Assembly (NCBI GenBank): GCA_016215405.1
Contig: JACRJQ010000002.1
Span: forward strand, 125,597 to 186,143
Direction of reading: 5' to 3'
From: Candidatus Tayloriibacteriota bacterium
GTDB taxonomy: Bacteria; Patescibacteriota; Minisyncoccia; Phycocordibacterales; UBA6065
DNA length: 60,547 nucleotides
Positions 33,601 through 41,929 of the stretch are shown piece after piece. A program made the translations under genes and the position numbers. The stretch's first letter is position 1. Each line of letters begins with the position of its first letter. Under the pieces are notes generated by a model. The model did not search any database. It had not been told where the DNA came from and saw only the letters and a list, made by a program, of their open reading frames with translations.

Positions 33601-33850
33601 AGAGGATATGGTCGTCCTCGGCGGCATCATAGAAGAGGTGCGCGTCATCATGACGAAGAAGAACGAGCAGATGGCGTTCGTGCGCATGGCGGACCTTACC
33701 GGATCGATCGAAGCCGTCGTCTTCCCGAGGACGTACTCGAGGTTCAAGTCGATCATCGTACCGGAGAAATGCGTTGCCCTCAAGGCGAAGGTCTCTGAGC
33801 GTAACGGCGAGATATCCCTGGTAGCGGACAACCTCATGGCCCTCCAGTAG
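30650..33850 (+). CDS. dnaE: DNA polymerase III alpha subunit
   Basis: PHP domain HLHTHSHYS/ALTDNGNLYG, RGSVSGS, PDIDMD, KFDFLGL, YGFNKAHS, C-terminal OB fold. Confidence 0.98.
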   Translation: MSRFIHLHTHSHYSLLAALPKIEDLVKAAKADGAPALALTDNGNLYGAIEFYKECKKAGIKPIIGVDFYVAPRTRKDKQSGIDSRRTRLILLAKDYQGYKNLIQLVTKSYLEGFYYKPRIDRELIEAHKDGLIAITSAFSGDLTLALQGNDISKAAEIAEGYKKIFGSDYYLEITHHPDIDDHDTLMERTKAVAKKAGVPLVAGGNVYYIKPEDKQAQQTLMLVNSSGDDRISDDDVADFSFISDAAAQERFRDTPEAIANAERIASECNLEIELGKWVFPDFKLPAGETPDSALRKVVYEGFARRKIDQTPEIVKRVEYELEVIKNKGYSPYFLIVADLLAYARSHGILSNIRGSVSGSMITYLSGITNIDPLEYEIPFERFLNPDRPSAPDIDMDYADNRRDEMVDYARSKYGIEKVAQIGTFGTMAARGSVRDVTRALGYSVETGDRLAKLIPMGSQGFPMTIDKALEDVAELRELYQKDADTKRIINLAKKIEGCARHISVHAAGVVIAPTELTDFTALQYDTKGEQKIISQYDMYSIEEAGLLKFDFLGLKNLSILADVIDRIEKIEGKKVDRESVPIDDKKTFEMLARGETEGLFQLNGDGMTKYLKDLKPTTIHDINAMVALYRPGPIQFIPLYIDRKHGRSPIEYPDPALEPILKKTYGVLVYQDDLLMIAHKIAGYSWGELDKFRKAVGKKIPEEMAAQKEKFVKGCVEHSKWAPKKANELWKWIEPFAAYGFNKAHSVSYGRVAYETAYFKANYPAIYMSAVLTADSGDVERIGESIAECKRMNIPVLPPSVNESFTAFSVVRKDGEPDRIRFGLTTIKNFGEGIARAIIHERKANGRYKSLSDFLSRIHDRNLNKKSLESLIKAGALDEFADRAAMYGNIDRLLEYNKEKAKTGGAQDSLFGGMGAGHDDIRLDTVAPITKAEMLLWEKELLGLYISGHPLDKYKSVLEKRPVQISTVKAKALKEFEETQKVKEDMVVLGGIIEEVRVIMTKKNEQMAFVRMADLTGSIEAVVFPRTYSRFKSIIVPEKCVALKAKVSERNGEISLVADNLMALQ

Positions 33851-33853
33851 CCC

Positions 33854-33882
33854 TTGCTTACTTTCAATCGAACCCTTAGAAT
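33854..33882 (+). promoter_or_regulatory. probable promoter of the thrS leader
   Basis: TTGCTT-17 nt-TAGAAT immediately after the dnaE stop. Confidence 0.6.
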
Positions 33883-33888
33883 CGATCC

Positions 33889-34371
33889 TGGAGAAAAGCG
33901 CACCTGAGTCGCGCGCTGGGCATGTCATAGACCTCTGTCTCCGGCTTGATTGGCTTCTCCAAGTTCTTGACTGAACGAATGCATACGCCTCAGCCATGAC
34001 TCCCGGCAGGAAGCCTCCTGCTTCGCTGGCCGCTGCGTCGGACGGGATTCCGATAGAGGTATTCGCGATCGGTGATAGGCAGAACCGCTCATCGGCCAAC
34101 GGACTAGTTCTTCTGCTCTCGATATCGGGCGCTAAAGAGCCTCCACGTCCCCAGCTTCGTGCACGAAGCTGGGGACCTCTGCTTTTAGGTTTGACCAAAA
34201 GACGAGACAGCGATACCATTAGCGGGTCAGAGATTGCCTGGCCTACCAAGCCAGGGCCAAGCGGACCGTCCCTAATCTGACCAAAAAAGAGACAAAAGCC
34301 AGGTGGAACCGCGATCAAAGATCGCCCTAGCAAACGCATGACGAAGGTCGTGCAATTGCTAGGGCGTTTTT
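33889..34371 (+). promoter_or_regulatory. T-box riboswitch leader (transcriptional) of thrS
   Basis: T-box AGGTGGAACCGCG at 34301-34313; antiterminator AGG-TGGAACC-GCGATC-AAA-GATCGC-CCT; mutually exclusive terminator CGCCCTAGCAA...TTGCTAGGGCG-TTTTT at 34323-34371; upstream of an aminoacyl-tRNA synthetase. 5' boundary and specifier are tentative. Confidence 0.85.
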
Positions 34372-34409
34372 ATGTAGACGAAGATCGATTATCAAGATAG
34401 ATCAAGAAC

Positions 34410-36149
34410 ATGTCATCACTAGAGCAGATTAGGCACTCGTTCGCCCACCTCCTCGCCGCGGCGGTCGGCGAACTCTACCCAGACGCGAAGAACACGATCG
34501 GCCCTGCCGTCGATAACGGCTTTTATTACGACTTCGAATTCCCTGAAGGAAAGGCGCCCTCGGACAAGGATCTCAAGGACATCGAGAAGAGGATGCGCAG
34601 GATACTCCCTTCCTGGAAAGGTTTCGAAAAGGTATCGTCGAGCGCGGCCGAGGCGAAGACGCGCTTCTCTAACAACCCCTACAAGCTCGAGCTCATCGAT
34701 GAGATAGCGAGGAAAGGCGAGGAGATCACTCTCTACAAGTCAGGCGAATTCGTAGACCTCTGTCGCGGCGGACACGCCGATGTCGCGGACATGAAGGCGG
34801 ACGCCTTCAAGCTCTCTCGCGTGGCTGGCGCATATTGGCGCGGAAACGAGAAGAACAAGATGCTCACTCGCATCTACGGCTTTGCTTTCGCATCGAAAGC
34901 GGAATTAGAGGCATACGAGAAGCTCGTAGAAGAGGCAAAGAAACGAGACCATAAGAAGCTAGGCAAGGACCTCGGCCTCTTCGTATTCTCAGAGCTCGTA
35001 GGCGCGGGCCTCCCCCTGTGGACCCCGAAAGGAACCCTCGTGAGGGACATTCTCGACTCGTATGTCTGGGAGCTGCGAAAGTCTAAAGGCTATATGAGAG
35101 TAGCCATTCCTCACATCACGAAAAAGGACCTCTACGAGAAGTCTGGCCACTGGGCCAAATTCAGCGAAGAGCTCTTCAAGATCACGACTCGCGAAGGGCA
35201 TCTGTTCGCCATGAAGCCGATGAATTGCCCTCACCATACGCAGATATTCGACTCCGAGCCGCGAAGCTACCGCGACATGCCCCAGAGATACGCCGAGACG
35301 ACGATGGTGTATCGAGACGAGCAATCTGGCGAGCTCTCGGGCCTCTCCCGCGTCCGATCGATCACCCAAGACGACGCGCACGTCTTTTGCCGAGAGAATC
35401 AGATCGAACAAGAGATGTTCGCGGTCTGGGACATAATCGACACTTTCTACGGCACGTTCGGATTCAAGCTCCGTGTAAGGCTCTCTCGTCACGATCCGGA
35501 TAATTTCGACAAATACATAGGCTCGAAGGAGACGTGGCAGCGGGCGGAATCGCAGATAAAGGCGATCATCGAGAAGCGCGGCGCAAAAGACGTCATCGAT
35601 GGGAAAGGCGAGGCCGCGATGTATGGCCCGAAGATAGACTTCATCGCGACCGACTCCCTCGGCCGCACGCTCCAGGTAGCGACGATCCAGCTCGACTTCA
35701 ATATGCCCGAGAGGTTCGGTCTCGTCTGCACGAACGAGAAGGGCGAAAAGGAAGGCATCGTGATGATCCATGCGGCTATAATGGGATCTATAGAGCGCTT
35801 TACGTCGTCTCTCCTCGAACACGTCGCCGGCAACCTCCCCCTCTGGCTCTCTCCTATCCAAGTGAAGATCGCGCCGGTAAAAGAGTCGAACTTCGAGAGA
35901 GCGGAAGAAGTGGGCGCGATCTTTAAAAAAGCGGGCATCCGGGTCGATGTAGACACCACTCCGGCAGGCTTCGGCAAGAAGGTGCGAGAGGCGAAAGACC
36001 TGAAGATACCCTACACGGTCATCATCGGCGACAAGGACATGGAAAACGGCGTCGTCACCCTCGAATCGAGGGATAAAGGGAAGATCGGTGAGAAGACCGT
36101 CGAAGAGGCGCGCGACCTCCTCGTCGAAGAAGCGACCGCTAAGAGATAG
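34410..36149 (+). CDS. thrS: threonyl-tRNA synthetase (no N-terminal TGS domain)
   Basis: IRHSFAHLLAAAV, DLCRGGH, RDHKKLG, KPMNCPHH, QDDAH, GSIERF, anticodon-binding domain. Confidence 0.98.
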   Translation: MSSLEQIRHSFAHLLAAAVGELYPDAKNTIGPAVDNGFYYDFEFPEGKAPSDKDLKDIEKRMRRILPSWKGFEKVSSSAAEAKTRFSNNPYKLELIDEIARKGEEITLYKSGEFVDLCRGGHADVADMKADAFKLSRVAGAYWRGNEKNKMLTRIYGFAFASKAELEAYEKLVEEAKKRDHKKLGKDLGLFVFSELVGAGLPLWTPKGTLVRDILDSYVWELRKSKGYMRVAIPHITKKDLYEKSGHWAKFSEELFKITTREGHLFAMKPMNCPHHTQIFDSEPRSYRDMPQRYAETTMVYRDEQSGELSGLSRVRSITQDDAHVFCRENQIEQEMFAVWDIIDTFYGTFGFKLRVRLSRHDPDNFDKYIGSKETWQRAESQIKAIIEKRGAKDVIDGKGEAAMYGPKIDFIATDSLGRTLQVATIQLDFNMPERFGLVCTNEKGEKEGIVMIHAAIMGSIERFTSSLLEHVAGNLPLWLSPIQVKIAPVKESNFERAEEVGAIFKKAGIRVDVDTTPAGFGKKVREAKDLKIPYTVIIGDKDMENGVVTLESRDKGKIGEKTVEEARDLLVEEATAKR

Positions 36150-36152
36150 CGC

Positions 36153-36596
36153 ATGCGAAACAAAGGATTCACCCTCATAGAGCTCCTCGTGGTCATATCC
36201 ATAATCGCCCTGCTTTCGTCGGTGGCGCTCTCCTCTCTCAATGCGGCGAGGGCGAAGGGCAGATATGCGACCATAATAAGGCAGATGAAGGAGATCCAGA
36301 CCGCCTCGCACGGGTATTACACGGACACGGGTTCGCACGCCGCCGACACGGGTCCCGGAGGCGCGCCTGCGTTCGTCCCTGCCTACCTGAGGTCCTGGCC
36401 CACGCCTCCGTGCGGCGCGGGCTGGACGTACGATTGGGATAACTGGACGTCGAGTAACGGCTTCGTAGGAGTGCATCTCCATAACACGACCTTGGGAGCG
36501 CAGTATAAGCTTTGCACCGACACTACCTCCGCATGTTCGGCGTCGAGCGTGCAGGACATACTCACCGTGGCCCAGAGGTCGATCACCTGCCAATAG
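36153..36596 (+). CDS. pilin-like protein, short four-Cys type, #9
   Basis: MRNKG|FTLIE; YLRSWPTPPCG; starts 3 nt after the thrS stop. Confidence 0.9.
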   Translation: MRNKGFTLIELLVVISIIALLSSVALSSLNAARAKGRYATIIRQMKEIQTASHGYYTDTGSHAADTGPGGAPAFVPAYLRSWPTPPCGAGWTYDWDNWTSSNGFVGVHLHNTTLGAQYKLCTDTTSACSASSVQDILTVAQRSITCQ

Positions 36597-36651
36597 CTTC
36601 TAACAAAAAGCCGGACAGAGATGCCCGGCTTTCGCTTGGAAGTGCCCATCC

Positions 36652-36900
36652 TCAGAGGGCGCCGATGTCCCATTCATGCCCGGCGAGGACCTGCGCGACT
36701 CGCCCGTTCTCACGGGCTTTCGCGGCGATCTCGTCGAGCCACCTCTCCCAGGCGAGGGCGACTTCATGCCCGTTCATCCCGAGGGTCGATTCGAGGCTCG
36801 CCATCTCCGCAAGGAGCGGAGAGGTCGTCTCGGGACTAGGGCTCCTTTTGAGGGCGCAGGAGAGGAGGGAATGCCGAGACAGCAGGTTGGTTATGTGCAT
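36652..36900 (-). CDS. hypothetical protein (~82 aa)
   Basis: ORF from ATG 36900 (ORF track extends to 36993 through a C8 run); helical C-terminal half. Confidence 0.45.
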   Translation of the reverse strand: MHITNLLSRHSLLSCALKRSPSPETTSPLLAEMASLESTLGMNGHEVALAWERWLDEIAAKARENGRVAQVLAGHEWDIGAL

Positions 36901-37031
36901 AAGGCGGGGGGGGTATGCGGAGTTCCCTGTAACCCTATATTCCCTAGATACATTTGTAAAGGATTCGCCAAAACGCAAAACGACCCCAGACATCTGCCTG
37001 GGGTCGTGACGCGCGCAGCCTTTCGTCTAGG

Positions 37032-39110
37032 CTACACGTCGATCGTCGCTTTGTGTGCATTCGACTGGATGAAGGTCTTCCTCGAAGGGACGTCGGTTCC
37101 CATGAGCATGTCGAAGACCTTATCCGCCTCCTGCGCATCCTCGATATTGACCTTCTTGAGCATGCGCCTCGATGGATCCATCGTCGTCTCCCACAATTCG
37201 TCGGCATTCATCTCACCGAGACCTTTGTATCGCTGCACGTGGACCTTGGCCTGCTTCTTGCCTTTCGCGGCCTCCTCTTCGATCTCTTCCTCGGACGCAT
37301 CGCCCGATACGGTCTCGTCTTCAAGAGGGATCTCCTGCTTGCCGAGGACCTTCGCTTTCTCTTCTTCCGTATAGAAATAGAGGATCTCCTTTCCACGCCT
37401 TACCTTATAGAGCGGAGGCTGGGCGATGTAGATATAGCCGCCATCGATAAGGGGCTTGAAATATCGATAGAGGAGCGTGAGGATGAGCGTCCGTATGTGC
37501 GCGCCGTCGACGTCGGCATCGGTCGCGATGATGATCTTGTGATAGCGGAGCTTGGTTATGTCGAACGTCTCCCCTATCGCCGTTCCCATGGCGACGACGA
37601 GGTTCTTTATCTGCTCCGAAGAGAGCATGCGATCGAGGCGCGCCCTTTCGATATTGAGTATCTTTCCGCGCAAAGGCAGGACGGCTTGAGTCTTTCGATT
37701 CCTGCCGGTCTTCGCCGTGCCTCCTGCAGAGTCTCCCTCCACGATGAATATCTCCGATTCGGAGGCGTCGGACGATTCGCAGTCCGCGAGCTTGCCGGGC
37801 AAGGTCATGCCTTCGAGGGCACCCTTTCGGAGTATCGAATCCTTTGCGGCTTTCGCAGCCTTTCGCGCTTTCATAGCGAGGACCGCTTTGGCGATCATTG
37901 CCTTCGCATCGTCAGGATTCTCTTCGAGGAAGAGCTGGAAAGCCTCTCCGAACACGGTAGCGACCGCGGATTGAGCCTCGACAGAGCCGAGCTTCGCCTT
38001 GGTCTGGCCTTCGAACTGGATCTCTCGGAGCTTTACGGAGATGACCGCGGTAAGGCCTTCGAGGACATCGTCGCCGGTAAAGCTGTCGTCTTCCTTGCTG
38101 TTACCGTTCTTTTTAGCGTAGGTGTTGAGCGTCCTCGTAAGCGCGGTCTTGAAACCGGTGATGTGGGTTCCGCCCTCTGAGTTATATATGTTATTCGCGA
38201 ACGGAAGGATTCGGGAGGAGATGTCGTCCACGTATTGCAGCGCCACCTCGACCGATTCGACCCCATCCGCCTTCTTCTCGACGTAGAAGATATTCTTGTG
38301 CACCGGCTTTTGGATCGAATTAGTGAATTTGACCAAAGAGACGAGCCCGCCCTCGAAATAGAAGGTCTGGGAAGGCAGGTCGAGGTTGAGCTCTCGGAAA
38401 TACATGACTCCGTCGAGGTCGATCTGGCCCTTGTACTCGCGCGCGTCGATGACGGAGATGCGCAAGCCGCGCACGAGATACGCCTGCTGCCTCATATGGG
38501 TCACGAGGCGTTCGAAGCCGAACTTCTGCTGGCCGAATATCGCGGTGTCAGGCTCGAAAGAGACGATCGTTCCGTGCGCCTTGGTCGAACCGATCTTTTT
38601 GACCGCCGCCTTCTTCTTGCCTTGGGAATACTCCTGCATGTAGACGCCGCCGTCCTTGTGAACCTCGACCCTGCACATTATGGAGAGAGCGTTCACCACC
38701 GACGCTCCCACGCCATGGAGGCCGCCGGAGACTTTATATCCCGAATCCTCACCTCCGAACTTGCCGCCAGCATGAAGCACGGTCATGATGGTCTCGAGCG
38801 CGGAGACTTTCGTCTGCTTATGCATGTCGACAGGGATGCCTCGACCGTTATCGACGACCCGCACGATCTCGTTTCCTTTCTCGCCGGGAAGTATGGCTAT
38901 CTCGATATCATTCGCAAAGCCTCCCATGGCCTCGTCTCTCGAGTTATCGAATATCTCGGTCACGAGATGGTGAAAGCCGTCCGGACCCGTGGTGCCGATG
39001 TACATTCCCGGACGCTTCCTTACAGGCTCGAGCCCTTCGAGCACCTGGATAGATTCGGCGCCGTACGATGACTTCTTTTCTGGCTTTTTATCGTCTTTTT
39101 TAGAGGCCAT
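37032..39110 (-). CDS. gyrB: type IIA topoisomerase subunit B (DNA gyrase B)
   Basis: GLEPVRKRPGMYIG, DNGRGIP, SGGLHGVG, IVEGDSAGG, PLRGKILN, TDADVDGAHI, RYKGLGEMN. Confidence 0.95.
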   Translation of the reverse strand: MASKKDDKKPEKKSSYGAESIQVLEGLEPVRKRPGMYIGTTGPDGFHHLVTEIFDNSRDEAMGGFANDIEIAILPGEKGNEIVRVVDNGRGIPVDMHKQTKVSALETIMTVLHAGGKFGGEDSGYKVSGGLHGVGASVVNALSIMCRVEVHKDGGVYMQEYSQGKKKAAVKKIGSTKAHGTIVSFEPDTAIFGQQKFGFERLVTHMRQQAYLVRGLRISVIDAREYKGQIDLDGVMYFRELNLDLPSQTFYFEGGLVSLVKFTNSIQKPVHKNIFYVEKKADGVESVEVALQYVDDISSRILPFANNIYNSEGGTHITGFKTALTRTLNTYAKKNGNSKEDDSFTGDDVLEGLTAVISVKLREIQFEGQTKAKLGSVEAQSAVATVFGEAFQLFLEENPDDAKAMIAKAVLAMKARKAAKAAKDSILRKGALEGMTLPGKLADCESSDASESEIFIVEGDSAGGTAKTGRNRKTQAVLPLRGKILNIERARLDRMLSSEQIKNLVVAMGTAIGETFDITKLRYHKIIIATDADVDGAHIRTLILTLLYRYFKPLIDGGYIYIAQPPLYKVRRGKEILYFYTEEEKAKVLGKQEIPLEDETVSGDASEEEIEEEAAKGKKQAKVHVQRYKGLGEMNADELWETTMDPSRRMLKKVNIEDAQEADKVFDMLMGTDVPSRKTFIQSNAHKATIDV

Positions 39111-39249
39111 ATAATCTCGAGAAATAAAGAAACAAAGCCATGCTTTGTTAGAGAAAGTATAGCATTTTAGGCTAGTTTTCGCTCTATTGACAGCGCATAA
39201 AAATGAAGCCCTATAAGCCTAAAATCGCCGCTGCAAGGCCGATAGAACC

Positions 39250-39278
39250 TTGACGGATTCCTATTTTTTATATACAGT
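39250..39278 (+). promoter_or_regulatory. sigma70-type promoter for the 39293 ORF
   Basis: TTGACG-17 nt-TACAGT. Confidence 0.6.
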
Positions 39279-39292
39279 CTGGACGGTGCACC

Positions 39293-39646
39293 ATGATCCC
39301 GAAAAACTCCCTCCCGGCCGTTAAGGCCCTGTTCTTAAAACACGCGGTGGCATCGAAATTCGGCGCGGCGGCCCCTCGGACCGAATCCGAAGAAGAGCTC
39401 AAGGCAAGGATCAAAAAGTTCTACAGGACCTACGATCCCACGGACGTCGACGAGATCTACTCTCAGACCTCCAGCTTCGCGGCCGAGGTGGTCCCGATGG
39501 CGGCAGGGCTTATCGCCCAAGGCCATGACCCCGAGGCCGTCATGCCTCGGATACGGCGGCTCCTCGTGAGCGCGCTAGGAGATATCCCGCAAGCCGACAA
39601 GATCGTCTGCGGCCTGTATTTCTTCGCAGATCGCCACGCCAATTGA
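39293..39646 (+). CDS. hypothetical protein (117 aa)
   Basis: Protein-like composition; own predicted promoter; hairpin downstream. Confidence 0.6.
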   Translation: MIPKNSLPAVKALFLKHAVASKFGAAAPRTESEEELKARIKKFYRTYDPTDVDEIYSQTSSFAAEVVPMAAGLIAQGHDPEAVMPRIRRLLVSALGDIPQADKIVCGLYFFADRHAN

Positions 39647-39697
39647 TGCCGATGACCGCATGCTTGCAGGCGCGACCCCCGGGTCGCGCCTTTTTGT

Positions 39698-41635
39698 TTA
39701 TCTCACCTGCCAGCCTTGGGCCTTTGCGGACTCGCACGCCTGCTTCACGAAGCCGTTCGCCTCTTCGTCGGAGAGCGTCTTCTCTTTCGATTGGAAGACC
39801 ATGCGGTAGGCATACGACACCTTTCCGTCTTTCTCGAACCTATCGAAAAGATTAGGTCCTTTGACGAGAAGGCTGCCGGCTGCGGCCTGAAGCGCGCCCG
39901 CCAAGACGCGAGACACATCCTCTTCCTTCGTCTGCGACGGGGCGAAAAGGGCGATATCGCGGACGATGAAGGGATAAGGCGAGAAAGGCTCGTATCTTTT
40001 ATCCTTTGGAAGCGCGGCGAAAGCGAGACTCTCTAGCTTTCCCGACTGGGGGAGAAGGGCTAAGACAGCGTCGAAATCGAATTCCGCGAGAGCGCCCCAC
40101 GTACCGGTCTCGACCTCTGCCTTAAGAGGGGTCCCTATCGCCTTTTCGAGGTTCGCGACAGCTTCCAGCAAAACGCTCTCGGACGTGACCCCTTTTCTCT
40201 TCTTCGCCAAAGAGACCCCGAGGCAAAGAGAGGTCCTTTCTCCGGTCTTGGGAAAGATCTTCCCTATCTCGAATATCTTTATGGCCTCGAGGCCTAAAAG
40301 TTCGGCATTCCTCGAATTGGCGAGGAGCGACTCCTGGAGCTTGGGAGCGATCCGCTCTCGGAGGGCCGCCTTGTCGGAAGCGAGAGGGTACGCGATCTCA
40401 AAAGCGCCTTTCGGAACCAAGGTGTAGAGGAGAGTCTCCGAGAACCCCATGTCGACAAGCTCGTTCTTCGCCTTCTCAGACCAATAGAAGCCTTTATCTA
40501 CGGGAGGGAGGGGCGTCTCAGGAAGCTCTTTCGACGCCAAGTCCTCATATCCATAGAGCCTTCCGACCTCGTCGGCGATGTCTTCTGGGATATGTATATC
40601 GAGCCTTTCGAGAGGCGGCGTCACGTGGATGAGCCCAACATCTCTCGTCACCCTCATATCGAGCCTTTCGAGGAGGGCGACGATGTCGTCATCGGCGATA
40701 TCCGCTCCTATCGTCTTGCGGATATAGAGAGGAGCGACGGAGATCGTCCGCTCTTTTGCAGGATGCGGATACACGTCTGTCGCCGGGCCAGCCTTAGACT
40801 CAGGAGAGACGTCCCAGACGAGCTTAGTGACTCGATCGAGCGCTTCATACGCGAGCGCCGGGGTTATCTCGTTCTCGAACCTCTTCGACGAATCGTTCCT
40901 CAGATCGAGCCTTGTCGACATCCTACGGACGGTCGCGGGATCGAAGTTCGCCGATTCGATGACGATGTTCCTGGTCTCTTTCGTGACTTCGGCCCTCTTC
41001 CCTCCCTTCACACCGGCGATAGCTAGAGGCCCTATGCCATCGGCGATGACGAGGTCGGACGCCTTAAGCTCGACCTCGCGGCCATCGAGAAGCGCTATCT
41101 TCTCCCCTTCCTTGGCGAGGCGCACGCGAATGTCTCCCGCGATCTTATCGGCGTCGAATGCGTGCAAAGGCTGCCCGATGTCGAACATGACGAAATTCGT
41201 CGCGTCGACGACGGAGTTTATCGACCTCGCGCCTATCGCCTCGAGCCTTTGCCGTATCTCTATAGGGGAATCCCCTACCTTTACTCCCTCTATCCTGCGT
41301 GCCATATAGCGGCGACAGAAGCGCGCGTCGTCGACGAGGACCTTTACGGCGGCCACCTCCGGCGCAAGAGGAGCGTCCCTTCGCACCTTCCTCTCGACAT
41401 GAAGGCCGATGATCGCGCCCGCCTCTCGGGCGAGCCCCCGATGAGAAAGGGCGTAATGCGCCCTGTCAGGAAGCACTTTGACGTCGAGGATCGTATCCCT
41501 TCCCGTCTCTTCCATGCCTTCGACCTCGAACCCGTGCGTGCTCAAAGAGTCCGCCAGCCTCTCGGCTTTCGGCAGCCCCCTTTTGAGGAGGCCTGTCTTG
41601 AAATATGAATTGAGCCAGTTATATGAGAATCTCAT
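39698..41635 (-). CDS. pheT: phenylalanyl-tRNA synthetase beta subunit (lacks the B2 OB domain)
   Basis: MRFSYNWL, PDRAHYALSHRGLARE, QPLHAFDADK, SKRFE, EDIADEVGRLYGY, C-terminal FDX-ACB (PFIVRDIA...KVSYAYRMVFQ). Confidence 0.96.
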   Translation of the reverse strand: MRFSYNWLNSYFKTGLLKRGLPKAERLADSLSTHGFEVEGMEETGRDTILDVKVLPDRAHYALSHRGLAREAGAIIGLHVERKVRRDAPLAPEVAAVKVLVDDARFCRRYMARRIEGVKVGDSPIEIRQRLEAIGARSINSVVDATNFVMFDIGQPLHAFDADKIAGDIRVRLAKEGEKIALLDGREVELKASDLVIADGIGPLAIAGVKGGKRAEVTKETRNIVIESANFDPATVRRMSTRLDLRNDSSKRFENEITPALAYEALDRVTKLVWDVSPESKAGPATDVYPHPAKERTISVAPLYIRKTIGADIADDDIVALLERLDMRVTRDVGLIHVTPPLERLDIHIPEDIADEVGRLYGYEDLASKELPETPLPPVDKGFYWSEKAKNELVDMGFSETLLYTLVPKGAFEIAYPLASDKAALRERIAPKLQESLLANSRNAELLGLEAIKIFEIGKIFPKTGERTSLCLGVSLAKKRKGVTSESVLLEAVANLEKAIGTPLKAEVETGTWGALAEFDFDAVLALLPQSGKLESLAFAALPKDKRYEPFSPYPFIVRDIALFAPSQTKEEDVSRVLAGALQAAAGSLLVKGPNLFDRFEKDGKVSYAYRMVFQSKEKTLSDEEANGFVKQACESAKAQGWQVR

Positions 41636-41928
41636 TGCCTTATCTCTATCACGCTCGTCATCGCTTCGGGACCCTCGCTTCGATACGCCTTCCATCTCTC
41701 TGCATGAGCAAGGGCGAGAGCCTCCTTGCTCGCCTGGACCTCCCTCGCCTCGTCCTGCCATTTCGCTATCGCGACGAAGTGATCCGGCTCGATATGGTAG
41801 AGCGACGCCTCGAGAAGGCCGTACCTCTCTCGGTTCGCCTCAGAAAGCTGCCACCAGTCCTTGCAGAATTCCTTCTGGAGGCTTTCGGACGGTATCTTCC
41901 ACCTCTGTATGTACGCTACGCTCGACAT
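41632..41928 (-). CDS. ABM-like (dimeric alpha+beta barrel) small protein
   Basis: YIQRWKI...EFCKDW...ASLYH...FVAIAKWQD pattern; fills the pheS-pheT gap with a 1-nt gap and a 4-nt overlap. Confidence 0.6.
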   Translation of the reverse strand: MSSVAYIQRWKIPSESLQKEFCKDWWQLSEANRERYGLLEASLYHIEPDHFVAIAKWQDEAREVQASKEALALAHAERWKAYRSEGPEAMTSVIEIRQ

Positions 41929-41929
41929 A

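Noticed and set aside
33889-34100. Possible 6S, SRP, tmRNA or RNase P RNA between dnaE and thrS
   Set aside because: Diagnostic motifs (SRP GGAA loop context, RNase P GAGGAAAGUCC, tRNA-like tmRNA ends) not found; kept only as an unexplained structured domain.
33491-34339. 282-aa minus ORF and 94-aa plus ORF (33996-34280) over the thrS leader
   Set aside because: The region is better explained as structured T-box leader RNA; the translations are low-information.
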